The position numbers and the translations under genes were made by a program. Below the pieces are notes generated by a model that saw only the letters and a list, made by a program, of their open reading frames with translations, was not told where the DNA came from and ran no database searches. From the NCBI GenBank assembly GCA_038260095.1, contig JBBSOC010000005.1, forward strand, positions 812-64,811: a DNA stretch of 64,000 nt. Direction: 5' to 3'. Source of the stretch: Mycobacteriales bacterium (GTDB taxonomy: Bacteria; Actinomycetota; Actinomycetes; Mycobacteriales; QHCE01). Shown here in pieces: positions 50,029-59,246 of this stretch. Positions within the stretch are counted from its first letter, which is position 1. Each line of letters begins with the position of its first letter.

Positions 50029-51450
50029 ATGTCACCTCGTGCAGCTGTGCTGACGCCACAGTCAGAAAATTTTCCTCGCTGGTATCAAGATGTAGTTACC
50101 AAGGCTGAGCTGGCCGATAACGGTCCAGTCCGCGGCACGATGGTGATCCGCCCGACCGGATATGCCATCTGGGAGAAGATGCAAGCCGAGGTCGACGCTC
50201 GAATCAAGGCCACCGGCGCGAAGAACGCCTACTTTCCGCTGTTCATCCCCGAGAGCTATATGCATCGGGAAGCCGAGCACGTCGAAGGCTTCAGCCCTGA
50301 GCTTGCCGTGGTTACCCACGGCGGCGGGAAGCAGCTGGAGGAGCCCGTAGTGGTGCGGCCTACCAGCGAAACCGTGATTGGCGAGTTCATGGCTAAGTGG
50401 ACGCAGAGTTACCGCGACCTTCCACTGCTGCTCAACCAATGGGCAAACGTGGTGCGCTGGGAACTGCGGCCCCGCATCTTCCTGCGCACCAGCGAATTTC
50501 TATGGCAGGAAGGCCACACCGCGCATGCCACAGAGGCAGATGCGCGGGCGTACGCTCGCACAATCGTGCACGATGTCTATGAAGATTTTATAGTCAACGT
50601 GCTTGCTATCCCCGTCATGATAGGCCGAAAGACCGCTCGCGAGCGGTTCGCCGGAGCCACGGATACGTACACGGTAGAAGCAATGACCGGCGATGGTAAA
50701 GCGCTGCAGATGGGCACCAGTCATGAGCTAGGTCAGAACTTTGCACGCGCTTTTGACATTGGCTACCTTTCCGCTGCGGGGAGTCAGGAGCTGGCCTGGA
50801 CCACCTCCTGGGGAGTCTCCACCCGCATGATCGGCGGCCTCATCATGGTCCATGGTGACGATAGCGGCCTTCGGCTCCCACCAAAGTTGGCTCCCACGCA
50901 GGCGTTGGTGATGGTGGTGAAGAACGACGAAAACGGTGAGGTTGCGGTCGCGGCGGAGAAGCTGCGTGAGGCGCTGGTCGGCGCGGGAGTCCGCGTGGAA
51001 CTTGACGATCGTGTAGACACTCCGTTTGGTCGCCGAGCGGTAGACGCTGAGCTCAAAGGCGTGCCGGTGCGGCTGGAGCTCGGTCCACGAGATCTTGCCG
51101 AGGGCAACGTGGTGCTCGTCCGACGGTTAGTGGGGGAGAAGACGCCGATCACCCTCGATGGTGCGGTGGCCGCGACAGTGAATGCGCTGGAGGATGGCCA
51201 GCAGGCGTTGTTTGATCAGGCGCTACGCGCCCGCGAGCAGCGCACTGCCGACGTGAGCACACTCGCTGAGGTATCCGAGGCCGTCGTGGCTGGTTGGGCC
51301 CGGATGCCGTGGGAGTTGGTGCGTGGCGACGGCGAGGCCGCGCTTGCTGGGCAGGGCATTACGGTGCGCTGCCTGACCCGCTCTGACGGTAGCGTCCCTG
51401 ACAGCGAGGATGAGCCCGAGCTGCTCGCCTACCTGGCCCGAGCCTACTAG
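50029..51450 (+). CDS. proS: proline--tRNA ligase, archaeal/eukaryote-like (short, no INS editing domain)
   Basis: About 473 aa. N-terminal FPRWYQDVVTKAELADNGPVRGTMVIRPTGYAIWE and class II core motifs. The protein ends in Tyr (..LARAY), as in this ProRS subtype. Confidence 0.92.
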   Translation: MSPRAAVLTPQSENFPRWYQDVVTKAELADNGPVRGTMVIRPTGYAIWEKMQAEVDARIKATGAKNAYFPLFIPESYMHREAEHVEGFSPELAVVTHGGGKQLEEPVVVRPTSETVIGEFMAKWTQSYRDLPLLLNQWANVVRWELRPRIFLRTSEFLWQEGHTAHATEADARAYARTIVHDVYEDFIVNVLAIPVMIGRKTARERFAGATDTYTVEAMTGDGKALQMGTSHELGQNFARAFDIGYLSAAGSQELAWTTSWGVSTRMIGGLIMVHGDDSGLRLPPKLAPTQALVMVVKNDENGEVAVAAEKLREALVGAGVRVELDDRVDTPFGRRAVDAELKGVPVRLELGPRDLAEGNVVLVRRLVGEKTPITLDGAVAATVNALEDGQQALFDQALRAREQRTADVSTLAEVSEAVVAGWARMPWELVRGDGEAALAGQGITVRCLTRSDGSVPDSEDEPELLAYLARAY

Positions 51451-51478
51451 CTTGGGTCTATTAATAACGGCCAGCACT

Positions 51479-52717
51479 TCATGACCAGATTGCGGCGATC
51501 GGAACAGCCTCGATCCGTTCGTCGAGCGTCCAGCGATTCTGGCCGGTGTGGAGGACTATACCGCGGATGAACCGCTCCTTCAGTTCATCGCGTAGCCATA
51601 TCAAATGTCGAGCATCCCGCCGCTCGGGTGCGCTAGAGGATTTAATCTCGATACCGACGATCCATCCGCCGGCGTACTCAACGATCAAATCGATTTCTCG
51701 GCCGCCGCTTTTCTCGCGTAGGTGGAAAAGCATGGGATCATTGAGGCTGATTGTCAGCTCCGCCCGAAGCTGAGCGGTTACGAACGTATCCAAAAGCTGG
51801 CCCAGTACTGTTCCGTTACGCAGCACACCGGCGCTGTCAAGCCCAGTTAAGGCCGCGGTGAGTCCCGCGTCGGTCAGGTAGCGCTTCGGTGCTTGAGTAA
51901 GCCGCTTGAGCCGATTGCTAGACCAAGCGGGAATAGCCTCGGCGATGAACAGATCGCGCAGCAGCCCCTCATAGGCATGAGCTGTTTTACGATCTATACC
52001 GACTCGGCCAAACAAGGCTTGATCCTCGACGATGCAGGCTGAGTTCAGCCCTAACGCTGTAAAGAAGCGCCGCAACCTGATCGGATCCCGGCCTGGCGAG
52101 ACGTGGAGTGCGTCTCGGTTCACCAGCTGCCGAATATATGTGGCGAACCATCGTCGCCGCAGCTGTGCCGACGGAAGAAAAACGGCCTCGGGGTAGCCGC
52201 CCGCAACCGCGGCATCGACGTAGTTACGTAGATCGACGCCCTCAATTCGCGACGGCAAGTCCAATGATCCTTGGGCGATCCGATCTAAAAACGGGGTAGC
52301 AGATACATCTCCAACTAGTTCGCGCATCGTCAGGCTGCCTATAGGAACGTCGATAACACGTCCGGTTCCCGGCCAAGTGGCGACATCAAGCTCTGCGTGC
52401 ACAGAGCCGGTCAAGATGAAGCGGCCGGGAGTGTGCGCAGCGTCTACCGCTCTTTTTACCGCTCCGAGTATCTCAGGTACTTCCTGCCATTCATCAAGCA
52501 GCACCGGTTCCTCAAGGTTTCGCAGCGCGGCATCCGGGTCTGAGCGGAACGCGGAAGCTTCGTCCGCTCGATCAAGCCGCACAACCGTGCGGGCATGCTG
52601 TAGTGCGGTAGTTGTCTTACCGCATGCCCGTGGGCCTAGTAAAGAAACTGCCGGTAGGGCGGCGAGTAGTTCGTCGAGCATAGGATCAACTAGGCGTTTC
52701 CGATAAGCATCTGTCAT
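51479..52717 (-). CDS. AAA-type ATPase with DUF4143 domain
   Basis: Walker A GPRACGKTT, Walker B-like VLLDEWQ and a C-terminal restriction-endonuclease-like DUF4143 region. 412 aa. Confidence 0.8.
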   Translation of the reverse strand: MTDAYRKRLVDPMLDELLAALPAVSLLGPRACGKTTTALQHARTVVRLDRADEASAFRSDPDAALRNLEEPVLLDEWQEVPEILGAVKRAVDAAHTPGRFILTGSVHAELDVATWPGTGRVIDVPIGSLTMRELVGDVSATPFLDRIAQGSLDLPSRIEGVDLRNYVDAAVAGGYPEAVFLPSAQLRRRWFATYIRQLVNRDALHVSPGRDPIRLRRFFTALGLNSACIVEDQALFGRVGIDRKTAHAYEGLLRDLFIAEAIPAWSSNRLKRLTQAPKRYLTDAGLTAALTGLDSAGVLRNGTVLGQLLDTFVTAQLRAELTISLNDPMLFHLREKSGGREIDLIVEYAGGWIVGIEIKSSSAPERRDARHLIWLRDELKERFIRGIVLHTGQNRWTLDERIEAVPIAAIWS

Positions 52718-53103
52718 AGCAGCTCATAGTATACGTACCCTGCTAAAGACGGAAAAACACTCCCGGCAAGGACGGAGTTCCAGTCCCACTGAGGACGGTT
52801 CTGGATCGTTCTTCGTAGTAGCAATCGACGAACTCGCCAATTCTGCTGTTTTCAGTGGCTAAACTCGCGCTTTGTCGAAAGTTCGTCGGCAGAAACGGTG
52901 CGGGCTGCGCAACGTTAACTAGCACTGGGGGGTTGGCGCGTTCACGGTCAGCTGCTCTGCGTTAAGCTACTCCAACGAACTGCACCGCGCCCCGGTCCCT
53001 CTCACCAGAGCGCGGTGAGTCCTTCACGTGGCAACTGCCAACGCGCCCCACTCGTTGCGTGCCACGTACTCGTGAACTACTTCTCAGGAGTAATCGAACT
53101 ACC

Positions 53104-53712
53104 GTGGCCACCAAGATCAGACTGATGCGGCTTGGCAAGATCCGCACACCTCAGTACCGTATTGTCATCTCCGACTCTCGTAACAAGCGAGACGGCAAGT
53201 ACATCGAATCCATCGGTCAGTATCGGCCTAAAGAAGAGCCGTCGTTTATCGTCGTGGACTCAGAGCGTGCGCAGTACTGGCTATCGGTCGGTGCGCAGCC
53301 CACTGAGCCGGTGCTGACCCTTTTGAAGTTGACCGGAGATTGGCAGCAGTTCAAAGGCCTGCCCGCCGAGAATCGGGTCCAGGTCGCCGAGCCCAAACAG
53401 TCTCGGGGCTCTCGCGCTGAGCTTGCCGCCGCCCGGGTAAGTGAGCTCGCCGTAGCGCAGGAGAGACTCAAAGCTGAGAAGAAAAAGACCAAGAAGACCG
53501 AAGACGAAGCTGGCTCCAAGAGCAAGGCCAGCAAAGACACGCCGGCTAGAGACGCCGCGCCTAGAGACGCCGCGCCTAGAGACGCCGTCGCTAGCAAGGA
53601 CAGTGTCACCGCTGACACGGTTCCAGACAAGACGGCGTCGGACAAGGCTGTGTCAGAGAAAGCTGCGTCAGAGAAAGCTGCGTCAAACAAGACAGCTGAC
53701 GGTCAGGGCTAG
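53104..53712 (+). CDS. rpsP: 30S ribosomal protein S16 with low-complexity C-terminal extension
   Basis: (GTG)[39 protein letters not shown] is the S16 core. A tail of roughly 100 aa beyond the core is rich in Ala/Lys/Asp and contains 15-bp DNA repeats (53546-53590, 53652-53681). Confidence 0.93.
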   Translation: MATKIRLMRLGKIRTPQYRIVISDSRNKRDGKYIESIGQYRPKEEPSFIVVDSERAQYWLSVGAQPTEPVLTLLKLTGDWQQFKGLPAENRVQVAEPKQSRGSRAELAAARVSELAVAQERLKAEKKKTKKTEDEAGSKSKASKDTPARDAAPRDAAPRDAVASKDSVTADTVPDKTASDKAVSEKAASEKAASNKTADGQG

Positions 53713-54005
53713 TGCTCGCTCAAGCCCTGGATCACCTCGTCCGCGGGGTTGTCGACCACCCAGACGATGTTGCGGTAGAGCTGATTCCGCAAGGGCGTAA
53801 CCGGCTGCTCGAAGTGCAGGTGCACCCTGACGACGTGGGTAAAGTCATTGGTCGAAATGGTCGTACGGTGAAGGCGCTTCGGCAGGTAATGGGCAGCGTC
53901 GGTGGGCGTGGCATCAGGGTGGAGATTCTTGACGACGTCCTTGATGGCGGAGTTGAGGATATGGGCGAACCCGCTGAAGATTCCACGGCCGTGGGCTCCA
54001 CGTAA
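53712..54005 (+). CDS. KH-domain RNA-binding protein (YlqC/UPF0109)
   Basis: VGKVIGRNGRTVKALR GxxG KH motif. Conserved position between rpsP and rimM. Confidence 0.85.
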   Translation: MLAQALDHLVRGVVDHPDDVAVELIPQGRNRLLEVQVHPDDVGKVIGRNGRTVKALRQVMGSVGGRGIRVEILDDVLDGGVEDMGEPAEDSTAVGST

Positions 54006-54017
54006 AGCGTTGTATCG

Positions 54018-54524
54018 ATGTTGCTCCTGGTGGGTCGTTTAGGTCGGCCGCACGGCGTGCGCGGTTTGATTACCGTGGAGCCGACTACCGATGAGCCAGA
54101 ACAGCGTTTTGCCGTTGGTTCGTCTCTGTTGACTGAGCCAGCGGCGCGTGGTCCGATCACGGTAACTCACATGCAGCGGCATGGTGATCGTTTGTTACTC
54201 GGCATCGAGGGTGTTACTGACCGTGACTCCGCGGAGCAACTGCGCGCAGTTAAAGTGCTGGTGGATTCTGACCAGATTCCAACGCCTACCGACCCAGAAA
54301 CGTTTGCTGATCATCAACTGATTGGGTTGCGGGTCGAGCTGGAAAGCGGCGATTTCCTCGGTGAGGTGCTGGCAATGAACCATGGTGCTGCCGGGGACCA
54401 GCTGGTGGTCGCTTATCGCGGACGCGAGGTGCTGGTGCCATTCGTTTTGGCGATTGTGCCAGTGGTTGATGTCGCCGGCGGTCGAATGGTGATAGACCCA
54501 CCCGAAGGTCTGCTGGAGCTGTAA
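54018..54524 (+). CDS. rimM: 16S rRNA processing protein RimM
   Basis: [16 protein letters not shown]-terminal motif, a PRC-barrel C-terminus and conserved synteny. Confidence 0.93.
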   Translation: MLLLVGRLGRPHGVRGLITVEPTTDEPEQRFAVGSSLLTEPAARGPITVTHMQRHGDRLLLGIEGVTDRDSAEQLRAVKVLVDSDQIPTPTDPETFADHQLIGLRVELESGDFLGEVLAMNHGAAGDQLVVAYRGREVLVPFVLAIVPVVDVAGGRMVIDPPEGLLEL

Positions 54525-54526
54525 CT

Positions 54527-55258
54527 GTGCGTATTGACATCATCTCCATCTTCCCCGACTACTTCAGCCCGCTAAACCAAGCGCTACTGGGCAAGGCTCG
54601 TGCTGCGGGCCTGCTCTCCATTCACGTGCACGACCTACGTCGCTGGACCACTGACCTGCACCGCACCGTCGATGACACGCCCTACGGCGGGGGTGGTGGC
54701 ATGGTGATGTTGCCACAGCCGTGGGGTGAAGCGATCGACGAAGTGTGCGCCCCCCCACTCGTTGCCAGCGACCCGCTCGCTCATCTGATAGTGCCAACTC
54801 CATCCGGTCGGCCCTTCACTCATGCAATAGCCGAGCAGTACGCCCAGCTTCCGCGGCTAGCGTTCGCGTGCGGTCGCTATGAGGGGATCGACTACCGGGT
54901 AATTCAAGACGCCCGAGCGCGGATGCCCCTGGACGAAGTCAGCATCGGCGACTATGTACTGGCTGGCGGGGAAGCCGCGGTGTTGGTAATGGTCGAGGCC
55001 ATCACTCGGCTAGTCCCAGGTGTTGTGGGCAATGCCGCCAGCGTTGCCGAGGACTCTTTTGCCAGCGGACTTTTAGAGGGTCCAGTGTATACTCGACCGC
55101 ACTCCTGGCGAGGCTGGGAAGTTCCAGCGGTGCTCACCTCCGGTGATCACGCCGCGATCGCCGCGTGGCGGCGCGAGCAATCGTTGGAGCGCACCGTGCG
55201 ATGCCGCCCGGACCTTTTAGCTAGTGCAGCAGAGGATTCTGATCCCCACGCCAAATGA
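54527..55258 (+). CDS. trmD: tRNA (guanine37-N1)-methyltransferase
   Basis: (GTG)[12 protein letters not shown] start, [13 protein letters not shown] and [10 protein letters not shown] motifs. Confidence 0.95.
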   Translation: MRIDIISIFPDYFSPLNQALLGKARAAGLLSIHVHDLRRWTTDLHRTVDDTPYGGGGGMVMLPQPWGEAIDEVCAPPLVASDPLAHLIVPTPSGRPFTHAIAEQYAQLPRLAFACGRYEGIDYRVIQDARARMPLDEVSIGDYVLAGGEAAVLVMVEAITRLVPGVVGNAASVAEDSFASGLLEGPVYTRPHSWRGWEVPAVLTSGDHAAIAAWRREQSLERTVRCRPDLLASAAEDSDPHAK

Positions 55259-55364
55259 GGGATGGGTAGGCCCGACTAAGTGGGCTGGCCGCTGGTGCCT
55301 TGTTCTAGGCCATGTGGCACAGTAGATGAGTTGCTTCGCTGAAAGAAAGTTAAGAGTTCTCGCT

Positions 55365-55733
55365 ATGAACACGCTCGACGTTCTAGACGCCGATTCGCTT
55401 CGTGCTGATGTTCCCCATTTTCGCCCAGGTGACACCGTTAAGGTGCACGTGCGAGTGGTGGAAGGTAATCGCTCCCGTATCCAGGTCTTTCAGGGTGCGG
55501 TGATTCGCCGCCAAGGCGGTGGCGTTCGGGAGACCTTTACGGTTCGCAAGGTTAGCTTTGGTGTAGGCGTAGAGCGTACATTCCCGGTGCACACTCCAGT
55601 GATCGACAAGATCGAGGTGGTGAGTCGTGGTGACGTACGTCGAGCAAAGCTCTACTACTTGCGTGACCTGCGAGGTAAAGCCGCCAAGATCAAGGAGAAG
55701 CGGGAAGCTATTCAGCCGAAGGTTGCTGCATAA
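55365..55733 (+). CDS. rplS: 50S ribosomal protein L19
   Basis: [37 protein letters not shown]...[21 protein letters not shown] is the L19 core. ATG 55365 gives the canonical length. Confidence 0.95.
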   Translation: MNTLDVLDADSLRADVPHFRPGDTVKVHVRVVEGNRSRIQVFQGAVIRRQGGGVRETFTVRKVSFGVGVERTFPVHTPVIDKIEVVSRGDVRRAKLYYLRDLRGKAAKIKEKREAIQPKVAA

Positions 55734-55784
55734 CCGGCCGCTACGTATTCTTGCGTCTGAGCGGGCGGTCGCGCCGCTAGCGCG

Positions 55785-56693
55785 ATGAGGCGCAACATTG
55801 GCCGCGCAGCTGTCGCGCCGTTAACCCGACCAGCAAGGTATCGCGGGGATCATCGCAGCAAAGTCAGGGATTCCGCTGGCACTGGCGAGCGGGGCAAGCG
55901 CAGGCGTCGACTCCCAGCATTGCTAGAAGTCCCGCTGCTTATTGTAATAGCGCTTAGCCTCTCACTGTTTGTTCGGACGTTCGTGCTGGAGTCGTTTTAC
56001 ATCCCCAGTGGTTCCATGGAGCAGACGCTGCTCATTGGCGACCGAGTCGTGGTGAACAAACTAGTGTATGACTTTCGTGACCCGCGCCGCGGTGAGGTCG
56101 TAGTATTCCGCGGCACCGACTCTTGGGCTCCTGAACAGCAGGATAGGCACAACGCAAGTGGGCTGAGCTTTGTCGTGCGCGGAGTTGGCAAACTGATCGG
56201 CTTCGGGCCCCCCGGCGAGAAAGACTTTGTCAAGCGTGTCATCGGCCTTCCTGGCGATGTGGTGGGGTGTTGCGATTCGGCTGGCCGATTTACGGTGAAC
56301 GGGCGCGGGCTGACTGAACCATACATATTTGACAACAATCCTCTCGAGCAGCGTTCATTCGGGCCGATTACGGTTCCCAAAGATCGGCTGTTTGTGATGG
56401 GGGATCATCGAGGTCGATCCAAAGACTCCCGGGCGTATCTGGCGGACGGGGTATCCGGCACGATTCCACGGCAGAATGTCATTGGTCGGGCTTTCGTCAA
56501 GGTGTGGCCAGTGACGCATTGGGGGACTCTGCCCATACCGAGCACGCTTGGCAATGTGGACGGGCCTCCAGCACCTCCACCAGGCCAAGACACCGCGCCG
56601 GCTAACCAGCCTGCCGCCGCACAACCCCAACCGCTAGCCGCGGGTGCCATGATGCAGCGATCCTGGCGATGGCCCCGTCGGGGCTTACCGTAG
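55785..56693 (+). CDS. lepB: signal peptidase I (copy 1)
   Basis: TM anchor, Ser box IPSGSMEQTL, Lys box KRVIGLPGD and GDHRGRSKDSR. Confidence 0.9.
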   Translation: MRRNIGRAAVAPLTRPARYRGDHRSKVRDSAGTGERGKRRRRLPALLEVPLLIVIALSLSLFVRTFVLESFYIPSGSMEQTLLIGDRVVVNKLVYDFRDPRRGEVVVFRGTDSWAPEQQDRHNASGLSFVVRGVGKLIGFGPPGEKDFVKRVIGLPGDVVGCCDSAGRFTVNGRGLTEPYIFDNNPLEQRSFGPITVPKDRLFVMGDHRGRSKDSRAYLADGVSGTIPRQNVIGRAFVKVWPVTHWGTLPIPSTLGNVDGPPAPPPGQDTAPANQPAAAQPQPLAAGAMMQRSWRWPRRGLP

Positions 56694-56702
56694 TCTTTAG
56701 CG

Positions 56703-57485
56703 GTGCCAGATAATCGTGATCCCGGACGATCTCCTGAAACCGGGCAGGACCCCCTCAATCAGCCTGGAGACTCGCTGAGCGGAGCATCCGAGGATATCTC
56801 TACCTCGACGCTCGATCGGCCATCCCGCAGAACGCCGCGGAGCTCTCCAGCCAAAGGGACGCCAATTCCGCGGGGTAAACATAAGCCGAAGAAGAAGCGG
56901 TCAGCCTGGATTGAGCTGCCCATTTTGGTTGTTGTAGCCGTACTGGTCGCTATACTGGTTCGTACATTTTTACTGCAGACGTTCTACATTCCCAGCCCGT
57001 CGATGGAAAAAACGCTGCTGGTTGGCGATCGGGTGCTAGTGAACAAGGTTGTCTACAAGACTCGTGACCCAGCCCGCGGCGAGGTTGTGGTGTTTAAACC
57101 GCCAGCCGCATGGATTCATCCCGATAATGAGGACGATTTCATTAAGCGCATCGTTGGAGTTGGGGGTGACCATGTGGTCTGCTGCGACCTCAAGGGCCGA
57201 ATTACCATCAACGGATACGCGCTCAATGAGGACTATCTCTTTCCCGGCAATGTGCCGTCGGAAATCAGATTCGATGTCACGGTTCCCAGCAATCGGTACT
57301 TCATGCTGGGCGACCACCGCGCCGTATCGGGAGATTCACGCTACAACATAAAGGTGCGGTCTGGCACGATTCCGAAATCGGCGATTGTAGGACGAGCTTT
57401 TGCCATCTATTGGCCGCTGAACCGCATCGATAACCTGCCGATACCGAGCACATTGAAACAGGTACCGGATCCACCGGGTCGCTGA
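56703..57485 (+). CDS. lepB: signal peptidase I (copy 2, tandem paralogue)
   Basis: [19 protein letters not shown] and [11 protein letters not shown]. Its N-terminal tail differs from copy 1. Confidence 0.9.
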   Translation: MPDNRDPGRSPETGQDPLNQPGDSLSGASEDISTSTLDRPSRRTPRSSPAKGTPIPRGKHKPKKKRSAWIELPILVVVAVLVAILVRTFLLQTFYIPSPSMEKTLLVGDRVLVNKVVYKTRDPARGEVVVFKPPAAWIHPDNEDDFIKRIVGVGGDHVVCCDLKGRITINGYALNEDYLFPGNVPSEIRFDVTVPSNRYFMLGDHRAVSGDSRYNIKVRSGTIPKSAIVGRAFAIYWPLNRIDNLPIPSTLKQVPDPPGR

Positions 57486-57489
57486 TTGG

Positions 57490-58229
57490 ATGCACGGCAT
57501 ACCAGACGATAGCTACGACCTATACGCGTTAGAGCGCCGGTTGCGGCGCCGCGGATTCGAACACGTTGCTGGCGCGGATGAGGCAGGGCGAGGTGCGTGC
57601 GCCGGGCCACTCGTGGCTGCCGCAGTAGTTCTGCCGCCTCGAGGCGCGGGCAAGCTTAGGGGCCTTACTGACTCTAAGCTGCTGAGCCCGCTGCGTCGGG
57701 AGCAGCTCTATGAGCAGATACTGCTATGCGCACCCCCAGCTATGCGGTAGTGGTTGTTCCCGCGGCTGAAGTGGATGCAACTGGGGTGCATCGCGCCAAT
57801 CTCGCCGCGCTGCGGCGTGCGGTCGCGGGATTGTCTGGACCAGTGGATTATGCACTTACCGACGGGTTTGGTGTGAGAGGTATGACTGTGCCCAACCTGG
57901 GTATTTGGAAAGGCGACCAGGTGAGTGCATGTATCGCGGCGGCGTCCGTGGTCGCCAAAGTGACTCGTGACCAGATGATGTGCCGACTTGGAGACAGCTT
58001 CCCGGCCTATGACTTTTCACGGCATAAGGGGTACATCACGACCAGTCACAGCATGGCCCTGCGTGAACATGGACCATGCTCGGAACATCGGTGGAGCTTC
58101 ACCAATGTGGTAGAAGCCGCGATGTGGTGGCGCGTTAGCCAGCCCGCATCGAGTTTTCGGGTCAGACCGGGGGCAGCCAGCACTAACTCGCGGCCCTGGG
58201 CCAGAATGACAGCAGAGGTGAGACAATGA
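57490..58229 (+). pseudogene. rnhB: ribonuclease HII, apparent -1 frameshift
   Basis: ORF 57490-57750 carries [19 protein letters not shown] (the DEAGRG active site). ORF 57726-58229 carries the rest (..[47 protein letters not shown]). One extra C in the C5 run at 57733-57737 would fuse them as ..[13 protein letters not shown]... Confidence 0.85.
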
Positions 58230-58534
58230 GCGCCGAAGATCTCGAAAAGTACGAGACCGACATGGAGCTGCAGCTGTATCGCGAGTACCGCGATATCGTT
58301 CGACAGTTCACTTATGTTGTGGAGACCGAGCGGCGTTTTTACCTTGCTAATTCTGTGGATCTTCATGTCCGTAATGCGTCCGGCGAGGTGTACTTCGAGC
58401 TGGAAATGTCTGACGCTTGGGTGTGGGACATGTATAGACCCGCGCGTTTCGTCAAGCATGTACGGGTGGTCACGTTCAAAGACGTTAACGTCGAGGAACT
58501 GGATAAGCCAGATATATCCCTACCGGGGACATAG
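58226..58534 (+). CDS. DUF2469 family protein
   Basis: MSAEDLEKYETDMELQLYREYRDIV... is the actinobacterial DUF2469 protein found downstream of rnhB (Rv2901c position). ATG overlaps the rnhB stop. Confidence 0.85.
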   Translation: MSAEDLEKYETDMELQLYREYRDIVRQFTYVVETERRFYLANSVDLHVRNASGEVYFELEMSDAWVWDMYRPARFVKHVRVVTFKDVNVEELDKPDISLPGT

Positions 58535-58733
58535 TGGCTGGCCAGAGCGGCTCTACTCGGTGGTTAGCGGCCTTCGGCTCGCCGTTGTGCGCGGCTCGCT
58601 TGCACCTCGGTGGTCGCTAGGACGATGGCCCCGTTCTCCGGCAATGCTGTGCCCTCTAGCCTTGCCCTAATCCGATCTACCACGTCCTGGAGCCCCGGGT
58701 GTTGCTGTAGCGCGTCCTCTACCACTTCGTATC

Positions 58734-59045
58734 CTAAGCCGCGTGTTCAGCGCGGACTACTGATGCGAGTCGTTCAAGTTCAGCGGCTACGTCTGTATGA
58801 CTATCCGCGGCCGCGACTCCTTGCGTAATCCACTGGCGTACTACCACCGACACAGGTAAATGCCTCTCGGTGGCAATAGACCGCACCGAGCTATACATGT
58901 TGTGGTCAAGACGCACGGGAATTACTGCATCTTTCGCTGCTTTTTTTCGCTCAATTTCTAGCGCCGCTGCCAGGGTTTCTTCCTCTGTGACTCCCGCAAT
59001 CGCGCGTTCGACCAGCTTTTGCTTCTCGGTGGCAGTGAGTGTCAT
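58734..59045 (-). CDS. ribbon-helix-helix antitoxin-like protein (orphan)
   Basis: ATG preceded by GGAGA. The segment VIPVRLDHNMYSSVRSIATERHLPVSVVVRQWITQG resembles BrnA/CopG-type RHH antitoxins. No recognisable toxin partner. Confidence 0.5.
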   Translation of the reverse strand: MTLTATEKQKLVERAIAGVTEEETLAAALEIERKKAAKDAVIPVRLDHNMYSSVRSIATERHLPVSVVVRQWITQGVAAADSHTDVAAELERLASVVRAEHAA

Positions 59046-59246
59046 AGGTAATCTCCATCGCCCATAACGGACGCTCCACTGAATAGACACATGATCAACG
59101 TATACTACTTGTATAGACTACAGCCAGCTGCGAAATTCAGCAGCGGAGAAAAAAGAGTCCCATCCGGCTGTCCACACGGGTGAACGTTATCCACGGCCTG
59201 GCGCCAGGCGCTCTAGGCCTTGCCCGAACCGTTGCAAACTAGCCAA

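Noticed and set aside
57540-57575. GTTCGAATCC T-loop-like sequence on the minus strand, suggestive of a tRNA.
   Set aside because: It lies inside the rnhB coding sequence. I could draw no acceptor, D or anticodon arms around it.
57726-58229. Treating the 167-aa ORF as an independent gene starting at its own Met.
   Set aside because: Its sequence is the continuation of RNase HII. The Met is simply the first in-frame ATG after the frameshift.
59196-59209. Perfect 14-bp palindrome GCCTGGCGCCAGGC upstream of yraN, and the GTATAC/GTATAG repeat at 59100-59116.
   Set aside because: Both are short. They are plausible operator or hairpin sites for the adjacent RHH gene or yraN, but there is no supporting second copy or terminator context. 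They are too weak to call.
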